Source of the DNA: Mayamaea pseudoterrestris
Taxonomy: Eukaryota
Assembly: GCA_027923505.1 (NCBI GenBank)
Contig: BROI01000010.1
Span: 186,001 to 250,000 of the forward strand
Direction: 5' to 3'
Length of the DNA: 64,000 nucleotides
The position numbers were made by a program, and so were the translations under genes. Positions 21,875 to 34,722 of this stretch are shown here, piece by piece (position 1 is the first letter of the stretch; each line of letters starts with the position of its first letter). The notes under the pieces are model-generated. The model did not search any database. It was not told where the DNA came from and was given only the letters and a program-made list of their open reading frames with translations.

Positions 21875-23825
21875 TCACGCATGCGCATTGGAAACGTTTT
21901 CGTCAAACTCCAGTTGCTGTCCCTTCATCCGAACTTTCTCCATGGTTGCTTCAAACACATCAAACTCGCGCGCGTAGCCCATGACTTCCTCCAACTCTTC
22001 TCGATTTAGTTTTTCCTTTTTCATTAACAACTGAATGATAAAGTTGCGCGCTGGTTGAATCGTCTGATCCAAAAAGAGCTTCAAAAAGGGCGGCGTGGAT
22101 CCTCCCGTTCCCTCGGCGCGCGACTGACCGCCCACCGGAACCGTCTGATAAATGGATGCCAGCACGTACTTGCCATGCGTCATGCGATGCTGCGCGACCC
22201 AGTACGCCAAACGCAGTCGCTGGAGTAAAATGTGCGGATCTTTCGTCACGTCGAGTACGCCCGACGCGCGTAAACGGTGCTCCGTGTCGACCAACATTTT
22301 CATGTGCCGTGGCGGTCGCGTGAACAAGTCAAAGGCGCGCTGCATGGAATCAATGGGATTGTCTCCAAGCTGGCCAGAGTCCATGCGACCTTCAAACACG
22401 GCTGCCATTTTGGAGAGTGAAATGGGATCGGCCGCGTAAGCTTGACGCGCTTGCGTGACACCGCAGAAAAGGTCAAACCACTTGTACATGGAGCTGTTGG
22501 CACCCGTCTGTCCCCATTCATTGTTAATGTACGCTCCCGTGATGCGTGAACCATCCTCCAACACGTACTCATCCGCGCCGACGCCTTCGTAAAAGACGCC
22601 GTGCTTGTGGTACACTGTTCCGCAGGCACCGCGGACACCCTTGATGGGAAGGCGAATCTGCGGATATGACTCTGGCGGTCTGCAAGAATGTAAAAGTGTG
22701 CGTCAGAAACAAAAGCGGCAATGATACCGTGTCCCTAATACTCGTTTCACTCACGTGTTGCGCAGCATTGTTTGAAAGACTCGATTCGCCCGTCGCGCCG
22801 CTTCGACGACATCGTTCCATCCATCAACATTGCCCAACAAAATTTGCTCACCGCCGCAAAAGGCTCGCTTCATTTGATACTCCATCAGCGAATGAATGTG
22901 ACGAAAATTGTGCTCGGGCGAGCCGCCCTTGATGGAACGAAAACCCACAAGAGTGTCAATGGCCGCCACGGCATCCATAATGGACTTGGCGTCGTCATAG
23001 TCAACATCTTTGTCCAAGTTAACCGAGTCGGGAAAGACTGCCGCCTTGAGTGTACGATAAAAATTTCGTAGTCAGCGACGAATGAGAAGGCTCAAGCGAC
23101 GAGACTCATACACTACCAGTTAATGACGACAACGATTCGCACTCACCATCATAGACAAACTCAATCTGATGTCGACCAAGGGCGGCATTTGTCGAAAAGG
23201 CAATCTTGCTCAGTGGCGCTCGCACCGCACTTTCACAAAATAATTGCCAGTGCAGCTTGCCTTCAAAAAGGACGCCGCGGATCAACCACTGGCTCCAAAA
23301 GGCAACGTTGCTAATCAATTGACCAAGTTCCCGCTTGCGTAGTGAGTCGGTCTCGTTTTGAAAGGCTTGCAGCAAGTTCATGGTGGCTTGAAAGTGACGG
23401 TCGTCTAGTGTTGCGGCCACTGTTTGGCGCAGCTCATTCTTGGCCAGCAAGCCGGGTGAACCATCCTTTAGCTCGACGGCCATGACGCTGGCAATGTCCG
23501 AAACGTCGGCCAAGATGGCGTATGGACCACTGTTCGGCAATAGTCGCGCCGGTGCACGAGGCAAAAAGGACTTGTGCGTCCAAACGCAGTCTTGGAGCGC
23601 CATAATATCGCTCGTCGAATACAGTAAACCGAAAATGTTCATGCGAAAGTCGTGGCCGTCTCCCGGAGTTGGATAGCGCGTGTGGTGGCGATGAATCTTG
23701 GAACCTTCCATGCGAACGTGGCGATGTTGTAGGGACGTGGAGAAGCATGAATGAGTGTTGATGAGAATGCGGTTGCGACGAGGCTTGCAACATCGTTGCA
23801 TGGCGGCGGCACGTGATAGAAGCAT
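21875..23825 (-). CDS. Indoleamine 2,3-dioxygenase-like heme protein, 3 exons (introns ~23146-23040 and ~22754-22680)
   Basis: Motifs GQTGANSS, HRMTHGKYV and GTGGSTPPFL; GTGAGT donors; Arg/Ser-rich leader. The intron 1 acceptor is uncertain. Confidence 0.72.
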
Positions 23826-24184
23826 GATTCGACTGACGATAAGCTGGATCTGAATGGCTTTAAGTGAGTAAATGGCACTTCTTGGCCTATTTCTGCTTGT
23901 TCTGATCTGATTTGTATCGTGTCGTCGAACAAGCGAAGTCCATGTCACGCCATTGATTTGGCGACGAAAGAGATTTGGTGCGACGCCATGACGTTTTGAT
24001 GAAAAATGAAGTTAGCTAACAAGATACTACTAGCCAACTGCAATACTTTGCTAGAACAGAGACATCTTATTAAAACTGTTTTACAAGATGAAAACTATCC
24101 CTCATAATGGCATGCCATCACACTCTTGGTCGCATATTTGGAAAACAGTGCCGAAGTGCGAGTACCGGTACGATCTGCAGAGGC

Positions 24185-24419
24185 TGCTACGACACGATGA
24201 CGTTTTGCATCATTCGTCGCAAATGGACGACCATGTGGGCACGCATCATACAGCTAACGACGAACGGCAGCTGCTGCATTTCCCAGGGGAGTTACTCTCC
24301 CGACGTAATCAAAAATAGTTATGAATCTAATAGCTCGAACATTTACGATAACAGAATGGATCTATTGGGCGACCTTGGCGAGCAGGATCAGCTCACGGCA
24401 GGTACGACGTATTGACGTA
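24185..24419 (+). repeat. Upstream duplicate of the WD40 promoter, exon 1 and intron start
   Basis: Matches 25845-26079 with 1 substitution. Confidence 0.95.
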
Positions 24420-25817
24420 CGACCTCCATCCCGTCGAATTTCGGAAGCACGGTCAGTGGATCAAAACCTCCGTTTTCTCCGGGACCAAAGCTTGAAATAA
24501 GCTACAATCGGTACTATTTCTTGTTTATAGTATTGTACATGCTATCTGGCCCTGTTTATTGTTGTATTAATGGTTCAAACCTTTTTTGTGTGGTTCAGGT
24601 GTGCCTCCGCCATATTCACGCGTAAACCACCGGTAGTACTACAAGGAGCCTTTGTAGCGCGATGCTATGATAAATTGGAAATGTAAAGAGCCATTTACTG
24701 ACAATAACAAAGCTTTCAGTATTTAGTTTTGCTAATAAGATCAAGATCCAAGAATGTATGCTAAGTCGAGATCCATTCGCCACAAGTTGCCAGACTGTTG
24801 CGCCTTGCGCCACGCGCCGCTGCTTGCCTTTTAAAGCTCTTCGTCTCTTTTCTTGTAGTCCAATCAAGTTGGAATTGACTTATAGCTAATACACATGCAG
24901 CATCTCGCGTCCCTCATTGATGACAGCACATGAAATCTCATCCACTGGTCCCCTTAGCATGGGCGGCGAGCAAGCACTGGACAGGGGCAGCCGCAACTCC
25001 ACTGGTGCCTCCACTATTGAAAGCGAATAGTCGCAACGTCGCAGGAATAACTCAGCGAAATGCTTAATGATTGTTTTTGGCTCAACTTGGTGGCAATGTC
25101 TCCATCGTTGCCATTTGATTCATCCGTTGTTGTCGAGTCGAAGGAGGCGCCGTTCGATTGTGCTCGTCGACCAACCCCGAGCATCACCGAGTAGAGCGAC
25201 CCAATTATATTTGCACCAAGCAAAATAAGAGACCAAGAGTCCATAAATTGTATTCTCCATGCATGCAGCGGGTTGTGCGGGTTGTACGTCCGTGCGTCTT
25301 TTACAGTTGCACTTTTGTCGGCGCCAACCAAGAGGCTTGTCGTCGTCTCGTCGTCACTGGCCTTCACCAATTGACGATAAAAGAGTTCCCAAGAGGTCAT
25401 GCGGACACTATTACAAGGCAGCAATCGGTTCAATATGCTTTAAAGCGTGTCCTCTAGAATTGCGGTGGCAAACGGTAGCCTTAAAGGATGCCTTTAGGAC
25501 CAGCGCCGCAACGACAGTCGAGCAGCATCCTCAAGCATCGCTTCCCTTCCAGCATCATTTACCGGAGTTTGCTGCTGTCTCCACCTCACAAAAAGCTTAT
25601 ATAATGATCATGTGTGTATTGCTAGCAAATAAGGTATATTGAAAGGTGTTTGTGGTACTATTAAAGAGGTTGCATGAGCGCCATGGTGATGGTGCGCCTT
25701 GAATGATTGTGTGCCGATGAATGAGCCGTTGGTAGCCGACTGTGTAGGAAGTGTACTAGGTTCTACGTATGGCCGTGCTTACGGCCGTGCTTCCGAAATT
25801 CGACGGGATGGAGCTCG
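24420..25817. mobile_element. Non-autonomous TIR transposon with TA TSD (mariner-type)
   Basis: 33-bp TIRs (24420-24452, 25785-25817; 1 mismatch) with TA on both sides. The empty site with a single TA is present at 26078-26079. Confidence 0.92.
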
Positions 25818-26015
25818 TATTGTTTGCCAATTTGAAGTAATATTTGCTACGACACGATGACGTTTTGCATCATTCGTCGCAAATGGACGACCATGTGGGC
25901 ACGCATCATACAGCTAACGACGAACGGCAGCTGCTGCATTTCCCAGGGGAGTTACTCTCCCGACGTAATCAAAAATAGTTACGAATCTAATAGCTCGAAC
26001 ATTTACGATAACAGA

Positions 26016-27524
26016 ATGGATCTATTGGGCGACCTTGGCGAGCAGGATCAGCTCACGGCAGGTACGACGTATTGACGTATTGTTTGCCAATTTGAAGTAA
26101 TATTTGTATTGTTTCATCAGTCCATAAAGGCTCATGTAGAATCATTCACTCATTCCCCTCATTTGTTTCATTCCTTGCATATCATTTTATCAGCGCGCGC
26201 CGAAAACAAAGTGTTGCACGACAAGGTGCACGAGCTGACGGAGCGTCTTCACCAAGTCACGACGGACAAGGAATTGCTTCAGATAGAGCTGGAGGAATGT
26301 CAGGAGCAACTCATGCAACGAAAGAGTGGAACAAATGATGCTTCATTGTCATTAACCAATGCCATTAACAATCATACGACTGCATCACCCGAAACGTCAT
26401 TTTTGACGAGTGGCAGTGGTATTTACCCCACAATGTGCCGATTATCACTGCTTCGGCTGCACGGCGGCTGCAACGTTAGCTGCTGCGCCATTCAAGGCGC
26501 AGTGGTGGCGACGGGCGGAGCAAACAACATGCTGTCACTATGTGTTTGGAATCGTGATCATGATGAAGCAGTGCAACATGATGCGACTGCTGCAGATTTA
26601 GATCAGCAGCAATACACTTTGCACATATCATGCGACGCTCCCGTCGTCAGTGTAGCCTTTTCACATACGTTGCGCAACGTGGTTGCCGCTGGATGCATGG
26701 ATGGGTCGGTGCGCCTCGTGCAGTACGAGCATCATGCTTTTAGCTCCAAACCTATGTTGCAGTTGACGTGCGTGACAATGGCGCCGCGCCAGCACCAAAA
26801 GTACGTGCGCACCCTGGCCTGGCATACGTCGCGCCATTTGCTGGCCAGCGCGAGCGCCGACGGAACGGTGCACGTTTACCGCGTCAACAAGATTCTTGCA
26901 GGTGCTGCATCAGCTAGCAATGCTGGAAATGAACAACATGAAGTTGGAGGCAGCTGCATTAGTAACGAAACGATTCAATGCGAATTTATCAAGAGCTTGC
27001 ACTTGCCGGGAAGCGTGGAAGCCATGACCTTTATCAAGGACAGTCTCGTGGTGCATGCGCGCGATACGTCCTACCTGCAGTACTTTGATGCGAGCGACGA
27101 GTTTGCGCCGTCGCGACGCGTCAGTCTGAACGAGTCGGCGCACGACGACCACGTTTCCTTTTGCGTGCTGCACTTGCAGCCGAGTCACAATCAAAAATAC
27201 TTGGCGGCGGCGACGGATGGTTCGTGCAACTTGATACTGGATGCAGTAAGTGGAAGACGCGTGCGCAGCCTGCACGGCCACGAAAGTAATTCCTACAGTC
27301 AACCAAAAGTGGCGTGGTCGGCCAACGACGAGTACTTGCTGGGCAACACGCAGGACTCGGGGAACGTTGTCGTGTGGGACATTGCCACGAGCCGCATCGT
27401 CGAGCAATTGGAGGGGCATGGTCAACCCGTGCGCGATTTAATGTGCGACGAACATGACTGCTTGGTGACGACGAGTTACGACAAGAATACCAAGCTTTGG
27501 TGTCGTTCCGACGAAGAACATTAG
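26016..27524 (+). CDS. Coiled-coil plus WD40-repeat protein; exons 26016-26061 and 26194-27524
   Basis: GT-AG intron with consistent phase; WD repeats LLASASADGTV, VVWD, LEGH and TTSYDKNTKLW. Confidence 0.88.
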
Positions 27525-28533
27525 TACATGGTTATTTGAGTCTCTTGGTGCGTATTACAACTGTTTGTTATCGTCCCTAGGAGCGTTCTGCGAATGTTAC
27601 AGTATAGAACCTACACTGTAGAGTCTACAGTCTACAATAGTACTTTTCTGCAAGGCGAACTGTACTGTAATGTATTTCTGTGATACAAAATCACATCTCG
27701 CTCTCTTGTCAAACAGCCAAAGCAGCAGCAAGCTCATATACGTCGCCATAATGGCATTCACAAACTTTAATGAAATGAAATAGAACAAGATGACACGTTT
27801 CTCTCAAGTCAATTGGAATGCATGCCGACTTGAGTTATAATGAACATTCCTATGTTGCGTCATAGTTGCTGTCACTGCGTCGCATCTTCGCAGTGATGCA
27901 GTGATAGCCTGCGGCTGCTACAGTCTGCGGTGCATGATCGGTAGACATGCATGATTCCATCATACGTTCATCTACTACGCAAGCTTATAGTACTACAGCG
28001 CAGGCGTACGGGTACAAGTAGGAAGAAACTTAGAGCTGCTCGTCGACATGTCGATGCAATCGCTAAATAATGAATACAAGTACGATTCGACTGACATGTC
28101 ACAGCGTTACTGTATTCCACTTGCATGAATGGATACGTTTCACTTTGTCATGAATACTCCGCGACCAATCTTGCATAGAATAACCAGCAGTCTTTTCATT
28201 GGTTACTTACGATGAATGGGTGTCAGAATAAAAGTCAAAACCCTTCTTTGACTGCACGAGGGACGTTCCAGGAAGGATGACCCGGTGAAACACACTTGCT
28301 GATGCATGCCATTATTTGAAAGTCGTTCATTTTCTTTCGTCGAGGACGAGCTCTATTGAAAGTCACCATGAAGATTGCCAATATGATGAATGACCATGAG
28401 AAGTCTTGGTACGTTGCATACTCGGTGTGAGCTCCGAAAGCGTGAGCAAGAGCGAGGATCCACGAGTGCGACATTGGCGACGTTTTCGAGTCGGAGTGAT
28501 TCACAATTTCCAGTTTAGCTCACTTTTTTAACA

Positions 28534-30438
28534 ATGTGGAAACATCGCAGCACTCGAAACGATGCGATAACTGACAATGATCCTAAAGTGTTGCATGACG
28601 ACGACGACTTGGAATCCGATACTACCAAGCAAGACGACAGCGAGACGGAAAACACTTCTTTGCCTAAGAGCTCGCCGCCGCCATGTTGCAAGTCTTCCGG
28701 GAGTCCAGTGTTGATTCTGGCAGTCATTGCCTTGTTTATCATTGTGTGCCTCGCCACGTATATTGGTGTCACGCATAACAGCAGCAGCAACAACAATAAG
28801 TCAATCGAACCTGCGCAGCCGCAACCATCACGTTCGTTTTCTGCACCACCACCAGCCGACGACTGCTACGATTTGCACCCGCAGCTGGAGAGTATGACGG
28901 CGCGCGAATGGTGGACCAGTGACGGCTACGCGCACGGCAACGCCGAAACCAGCGAGTCGAGTCGCTACGAGTGGTTTCGTGCGCGGCAACCAATGGCACC
29001 AATCTATGGAGATACCACCATGATTGCCGGCGTCCTGTTTACATTGAGTCAAGGTACTCTGAAACTGACGGTTCTGTTTCCGCCACTGTACCCGAACGAG
29101 AGTCGATCGGCGCTCGTCTTGGTGCGAGACTCTGTTAACGCCACCCTGGTGGCGAGCGCAGCATGCTTGATTGCGGAAAGTACCTGGCACTGTCCGGTGC
29201 GAGCGAGTGGACTAAACGCCAATCGAGACTATACGTACGAAATCGTCTACCCGCCCGATGTATCCGGCGCCATCAAAACGACCTACACATATTCTGGCAA
29301 CATTCCAAAGCAAGTAACGTACCCCAAGATTGCCACACTCAGCTGCTTTGGCATTGATGATACCAAAAACAAGTCGCAACTGGTGCAAGCCGTTTTGGAA
29401 TCCAAACCAAATCTTGTGGCACTCCAGGGCGACCAAACCTACATGAGCGCTCTGGGTTACGGATTCACCGAGCTTGTCTACAGCATGAGCGAAGTCACTC
29501 GCAACCTTCCAACCTTGGTGCAAATGGATGATCACGACTACGGCCAAGGCAACTTGTTTGGAGCGGTCGACAATTATAATGAAACAACAATAAGCGAACA
29601 TGGTGTCGACGGCTTTGGGCGGCCAACCTGCATGGTCAATGCGCTGCAAAAACTCGCCATGAGCCACATGCCGGATCCAGCCAGTAATGTTTCCGCCGCA
29701 GGCATTGACGCATACTTTACGAGCTTTACATATGGGTCGGTCGAGTTTGCCGTGCTCGAGTCACGCAAGTTCAAGAGCCACAACGAGGAAAACGGCGGGT
29801 CGCTGCTTGGGTACGACCAGGAAGCGTGGCTGGAGCAGTGGTGCAGCAGCAACAATGCATCTACTACGTCAAGTCCATTACTAAAAATTATACTCACTCA
29901 AACGCCGTTTGCGTCACTGGCGACGAATTTGACGGCGCCATGGCTGGAGGGTGCCATTGGTGCCATTCGTCTTGGCGACACGCGAGACAGCAACGCGTTT
30001 CCGGCGCAAGGTCGTCGACGCTTCATGGAGATTGCGCATGGCTGCAGCCAGCTCATTATATCGGGTGACCAGCATGTGGGCTTGGTGGCATCCTATGACG
30101 ACTATGGGATGAGTGAGTGCGCGTCGCCAGCTGCCATTAACGATCAGTTTTGGCGCATGAATTTTGAGCCAGTCAACACCACCATTGTGGATGTGTTTTA
30201 CAATCAGTCGCACACGTTGCTTGGCTCCTGGAACGCGGAGGAATGGGTGTGGCGCAACTACCGGCCATTCGATACGCGTGCCGCCAATGATACAATCAAG
30301 GCGGGTCGAGGCGACGGCTTTCTCATGGTCAACTTGGACGGCCAAACTGCCACTTGCGAGATGCATGGCTACCGACTTGGTCATGAAACAATTTGGGCAG
30401 TGACAGTACCTGCAGTGGCGAACGTGTCTGTTGTTTGA
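28534..30438 (+). CDS. PhoD-like alkaline phosphatase, type II membrane-anchored
   Basis: N-terminal TM segment; motifs SC, GDQTY, DDHDYGQGNL, ESRKFK and SGDQH. Confidence 0.85.
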   Translation: MWKHRSTRNDAITDNDPKVLHDDDDLESDTTKQDDSETENTSLPKSSPPPCCKSSGSPVLILAVIALFIIVCLATYIGVTHNSSSNNNKSIEPAQPQPSRSFSAPPPADDCYDLHPQLESMTAREWWTSDGYAHGNAETSESSRYEWFRARQPMAPIYGDTTMIAGVLFTLSQGTLKLTVLFPPLYPNESRSALVLVRDSVNATLVASAACLIAESTWHCPVRASGLNANRDYTYEIVYPPDVSGAIKTTYTYSGNIPKQVTYPKIATLSCFGIDDTKNKSQLVQAVLESKPNLVALQGDQTYMSALGYGFTELVYSMSEVTRNLPTLVQMDDHDYGQGNLFGAVDNYNETTISEHGVDGFGRPTCMVNALQKLAMSHMPDPASNVSAAGIDAYFTSFTYGSVEFAVLESRKFKSHNEENGGSLLGYDQEAWLEQWCSSNNASTTSSPLLKIILTQTPFASLATNLTAPWLEGAIGAIRLGDTRDSNAFPAQGRRRFMEIAHGCSQLIISGDQHVGLVASYDDYGMSECASPAAINDQFWRMNFEPVNTTIVDVFYNQSHTLLGSWNAEEWVWRNYRPFDTRAANDTIKAGRGDGFLMVNLDGQTATCEMHGYRLGHETIWAVTVPAVANVSVV

Positions 30439-30689
30439 AAAGATTAGTTGTAACAATTGTAATAATACTACGTAAATGCATCATACATGTTTATCCAAAC
30501 TTGAGCGGCTTGTCGCCATTCGTTGTTTGGTCTATGTGTGTATCTGGCATGCAATATTATGAGTCTTTTGCGGTCGAATGGCAGGGTGCATCGGCAGTTA
30601 AAAGCGTCCCACGTGCTCGCACCATGAGCCGTCGTTTCTCATCGGCGCAGTCAGTCAACGCCAAGCAGCTTAACGCTAAGCCGCCCGTG

Positions 30690-31781
30690 TCATCGCACTC
30701 CATTCATGACTGGCTTGATGTCCTGCTCCTCCTTCACCACCTCATGTTGCGCCATTGCTTCGTCATTATCATTGTCATCAGCGTCTGCGTTTCCTTCCTC
30801 TTCGTCTTCGCCATTGGAAAACCACCACTCCGTCAAGCCTAGACCATCCTCGCAAATGGATGCCACGATCCGCATGGCGGGTGGCTGCGGCGGTGGAGGT
30901 GCCGCAAAAGCTGATTGACTACCAACAAGACTTAGCGTTTGGTGATTGGTATGCGACTGCATGCTGCTGGACATGGAACCACCACCTGAATGATTCGTCG
31001 ACGCCGTCATGGCCAACGTGTCTGCCACGGGCGCCGCCTTGGCCGACGGCGTGACGCGCGTGTAATGTATGGACCGCACGCGAAAGCGAATCTTGGCGCC
31101 TATGTGCATTTCGTAGCGCGCTGGTGGTGCAGCAGTGGCAGTGTGGTCCGTGGCAGTGTGATCAAGAGCGTCATGAGCGTCGCCGTTTGATCCATGTTCC
31201 GCCATTGGTTCCGTCTTGATGACGACGCCTCCCGCTGCTGCAGTACCTCCTTGCACGGCTTTATCATTCTCATCATCATCCCCTTCCGCTTCATCATCAT
31301 CATCCTTGGCATCATAGACGGGCGCCCATATCCACATGCCCGTGGCTTCCTCGTAGTGACTCGGATTCAGCATCCAGTAGGCCGGCACAAACACGTCTTC
31401 AAAGAAGCCTCCCACGCTAATGGTCAAGCCTTGGGCGGATTGCTGCAGGACGCGGCCTATACACACTTGGTGCTGCGCCGGCGAAAAGACGAGCAACTGG
31501 AAGCGAGTGGTGCAGTGCACGCCAGCGTCGCCGGCGACGCAGGCGGCGGATTGAATGAAAATGTTGGTGGCGTCGTTATTGTTAGAAGCAGTATTACCGT
31601 TCGTCGTTGTATTCATATTTGTATTCGTTGTCGTATACCGCGACACCACCAAGCCCACGTCCATGAGCACGTGGCCGACATATTTGGCATCAATCTCCAC
31701 GCACACGGCTTGATGGGTGGGCAGCGACAGTAGATGGGGCGGTATGCGAATCGTGTCGTGCACCGTCACGACGGTGAACAT
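30690..31781 (-). CDS. RPC25: RNA polymerase III subunit RPC8/C25
   Basis: Motifs DTIRIPPH, DVGL, GFFEDVFVP, IRFRV and EDGLGLTEWW. Confidence 0.9.
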   Translation of the reverse strand: MFTVVTVHDTIRIPPHLLSLPTHQAVCVEIDAKYVGHVLMDVGLVVSRYTTTNTNMNTTTNGNTASNNNDATNIFIQSAACVAGDAGVHCTTRFQLLVFSPAQHQVCIGRVLQQSAQGLTISVGGFFEDVFVPAYWMLNPSHYEEATGMWIWAPVYDAKDDDDEAEGDDDENDKAVQGGTAAAGGVVIKTEPMAEHGSNGDAHDALDHTATDHTATAAPPARYEMHIGAKIRFRVRSIHYTRVTPSAKAAPVADTLAMTASTNHSGGGSMSSSMQSHTNHQTLSLVGSQSAFAAPPPPQPPAMRIVASICEDGLGLTEWWFSNGEDEEEGNADADDNDNDEAMAQHEVVKEEQDIKPVMNGVR

Positions 31782-33120
31782 GGTATATGCAACTGCTGCT
31801 TGATAAATATAGGTTCAAAGCGAGTAGGTGAATGTAGATATTGATAATGTAGAGGAGGTAGAAGTAGCGGGTTGAAAAATACAGCAAATGAAGGGAGGTA
31901 CTGTACGTGGACTGTGTAGGCTTGATCGCGTTGCGAAACGTGAAGGGAAAGACAGAAGCGATTGTCGCAAGAATGTTTCCAAGACTGGAATACAGCCCTT
32001 GCCAGATCAAGCTAATCAGACCGCAAAAAGGCGATTTTGCCGTCGAAAAGAAGGTCGCTTCGTCGCGTCGAGACGAGTCGCTCAATTTCCACGGAATACG
32101 ACCAAGATATTCCCAAGAATGCAAGGTCTGTCACCGTAGTCTCTTCATAGATTCTGTAGATTCGTCTTGGTCGTCTTTTGTATATTGTTACAGAGTGTAG
32201 TGCTCCGTTCGTGTGATGAGAGTGATGGAATTGTGTGAGCGTCGCATCGAATGGATGGAGGCGAAATTCGCGGTGCTCCCGAAAAGACGCAACGGTACTA
32301 AATGGTCGTGCTACGACGTGATGACGTTTTACCCCATAGGGTGGTGACCTTCCCACGGCGTGCTTGACTGCCAACCTATCTTTTATAGTACAGTGGATGA
32401 AAAACACTTTTTAGCTGCTGTACTAGCAGCCCAGTGCTATCATCTTCGAGTTTTGAAACTCTCGTTAAGAATTTACTCAACTGAGCGAGATACATAGCAT
32501 TGGCGGCATGCATACGCCTAGTCCCAGCTATTAGCCATAAGCAAGCTCTCAGGGGCTCGATTGCTGGCTTTGCTTGGAGCGTCAACGAGGAAACATCTAA
32601 ATGACAGCTATAGACAACTGAATCGTTGTGGCTCCAAAGATCCCTGGGACCCTACTCCGGTGATGGAAGTGGATGCTGCACTGATTCATCCAATCGTTCC
32701 GGCCGCGAGACTTGCACGAGGATCCAGGGAACGCCCGCAAAGCGGTCAATGTTTTGCAAAAAACGACGATAATGTCTACCGTGTACTAATGTTTTGCGGG
32801 AGAATTCGTTCATGTTTGGGTAAGCGTAGACGTGACGGAATGGGTGATGACGTCTAAGTTTACACCTGAATTAGGTGGAAAATTGCAACAAGTAGCGATT
32901 AAACATTTCTCAGAATGCCATAGCCGTCGACACTTGCGCTGAGTATAATGTCGCGGACTATGTCGAATATTGGTAGAAGAACATAGCTAATAGCGTACGA
33001 CGTCGTGCGTCGAAGGGCAAGCTCGAGTCGTTATACCGGTACGATACGATGACGGTTTGAAGCTACAGCGTGGCACGCCGTGACGTTCAACCGTTGCTGT
33101 AGTTCCGTTTCAACCATGAA

Positions 33121-34722
33121 ATGAAGTCATTCGATTACGAGGCAGCGCTTCACTCCTCTGTGCTTACCAATTGCTTGTACTACATTCTCTTAATGAATTC
33201 ATCGATAGGGGTACAACTTAACTGGGAAAGTGAGGTTTCTCTTCGCCAATTTGTGGGAGACGAAATTCCAAAAGCCGTTCGAGAAAAATCGAAGGCGAAG
33301 GACGGGACGTTACTTGGAGTCTTCATTTCTCAAAGCTTCGTCGAGCACTACCTTTGTCTCGATGAAAGTGATACGGTCTTGCTTTTGTCGGCGCTTGGTG
33401 CGACGCCTATTAATCACTTGTGTCTATTTGAATTCTTCCTCCTTGCAATTGACTCTGGATTGCGCAGGTCGCTGGAAGAAAAGCATGCTCATCTTGATCG
33501 TTTATACGAATGTCTTGATTCTATCACAACCATTAAATCTGCTGAAATTACTGCATACGGCGGTGCTAATGGACTGATACTGCCTGGTCGAGTTATCAAG
33601 CGCATGAAAACAATTGACACGATTCGAGTGGCCAGGCATCGTTATCAAGATGATAGTTTTGTACCGGAGATTGTCCAAGGCCTTGCTCAGCATCCATGCA
33701 TTAAGTCGGTTACTATGAAAATTTGCTCAAGGTTTTACTCCAGTTTTATCCCCATTGTGCTGTCACTGCCGCTACTGGAAGAGGTAGTTGTCGAAGGAAA
33801 TGGCGGCGAATGGGGATTGCCTGCTGCACTCGAACCCGGGGAGGCGCAAGCGATTGCAAATCTTTTAGCCGTTGACGCGATTGATGTCAGTATCAAGTCT
33901 CATGCCATTGGCAATGACGAATCGTATCATATCGTTTGCGACGGAATCGCTGGCTCATTGGCCCAAAGCCTGACGCTGGATGATATTCTCATTGGAAATG
34001 ATCAAGCCTCGTCGCTAATTCAGGCAATCACTGCTTCTGGAATTAAACATTTGAGCTTTGGAAACATTTTCTTGATGGAGCCTATGGAGATTGTTGGCTT
34101 GGAGACCGAGTCGGATAGTGACGGTAGTGATGACGATTCCGATTTGTCGGGCCACCAGTTTGCTAGTACCGTTCTTCTCAACGAGTTGCTGCGACTGCTT
34201 CCAACTATGCAGCAGTTGGAGGAACTTGACTGCACGTGCTATCAACTAAAAGATGTTGAAGCTAAAGTAAGGCTGATGCAAGTTGCAACTCTGTGTCCTC
34301 GCCTTCGAGCACTACAGTTTGACATTTCAGAATTTACGACAAGCTTGGATGAAGCACTGGCGGAATGTTTACGCGCAAATTCGAATCTTGAAAAGTTGCA
34401 TATCAACGGGTTTTGTTCTGATGACGAGGCGCCGACCCAGCGATTCCCAGCCCTGCTTGGAGCATTAAAGACGAACTACAAGATGAAGTTCATCGTCTTG
34501 CCAAAAGTCGTCAATGCGGAGTCTTTGTTTCCAGGATTTCCATGGGATCAAGACATGCTCACGGAAATGAACGTTTTGCTGCGGCTCAATCGTTGTGGTC
34601 GAGGTGAGTTGAAAGAGGACCCAGGAAACGCACGCAAGGCTGTCAAGGTCTTGGAGCAAGTCGTGGACGACGTCGACTGCATTCTTGTCTTTTTGCGAGA
34701 CAACCTGTTCATGTTTGGCTAA
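33121..34722 (+). CDS. RNI/LRR-like protein of a diatom-expanded family
   Basis: Leu-patterned repeats and C-terminal LKTNY...LRLNRCGR...VLEQVVDDVDC..FLRDN. The start could be 33193. Confidence 0.72.
   Translation: MKSFDYEAALHSSVLTNCLYYILLMNSSIGVQLNWESEVSLRQFVGDEIPKAVREKSKAKDGTLLGVFISQSFVEHYLCLDESDTVLLLSALGATPINHLCLFEFFLLAIDSGLRRSLEEKHAHLDRLYECLDSITTIKSAEITAYGGANGLILPGRVIKRMKTIDTIRVARHRYQDDSFVPEIVQGLAQHPCIKSVTMKICSRFYSSFIPIVLSLPLLEEVVVEGNGGEWGLPAALEPGEAQAIANLLAVDAIDVSIKSHAIGNDESYHIVCDGIAGSLAQSLTLDDILIGNDQASSLIQAITASGIKHLSFGNIFLMEPMEIVGLETESDSDGSDDDSDLSGHQFASTVLLNELLRLLPTMQQLEELDCTCYQLKDVEAKVRLMQVATLCPRLRALQFDISEFTTSLDEALAECLRANSNLEKLHINGFCSDDEAPTQRFPALLGALKTNYKMKFIVLPKVVNAESLFPGFPWDQDMLTEMNVLLRLNRCGRGELKEDPGNARKAVKVLEQVVDDVDCILVFLRDNLFMFG

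Noticed and set aside
25014..25433. 139-aa ORF inside the TIR element as a transposase
   Set aside because: No DDE/D or HTH motifs are recognisable.
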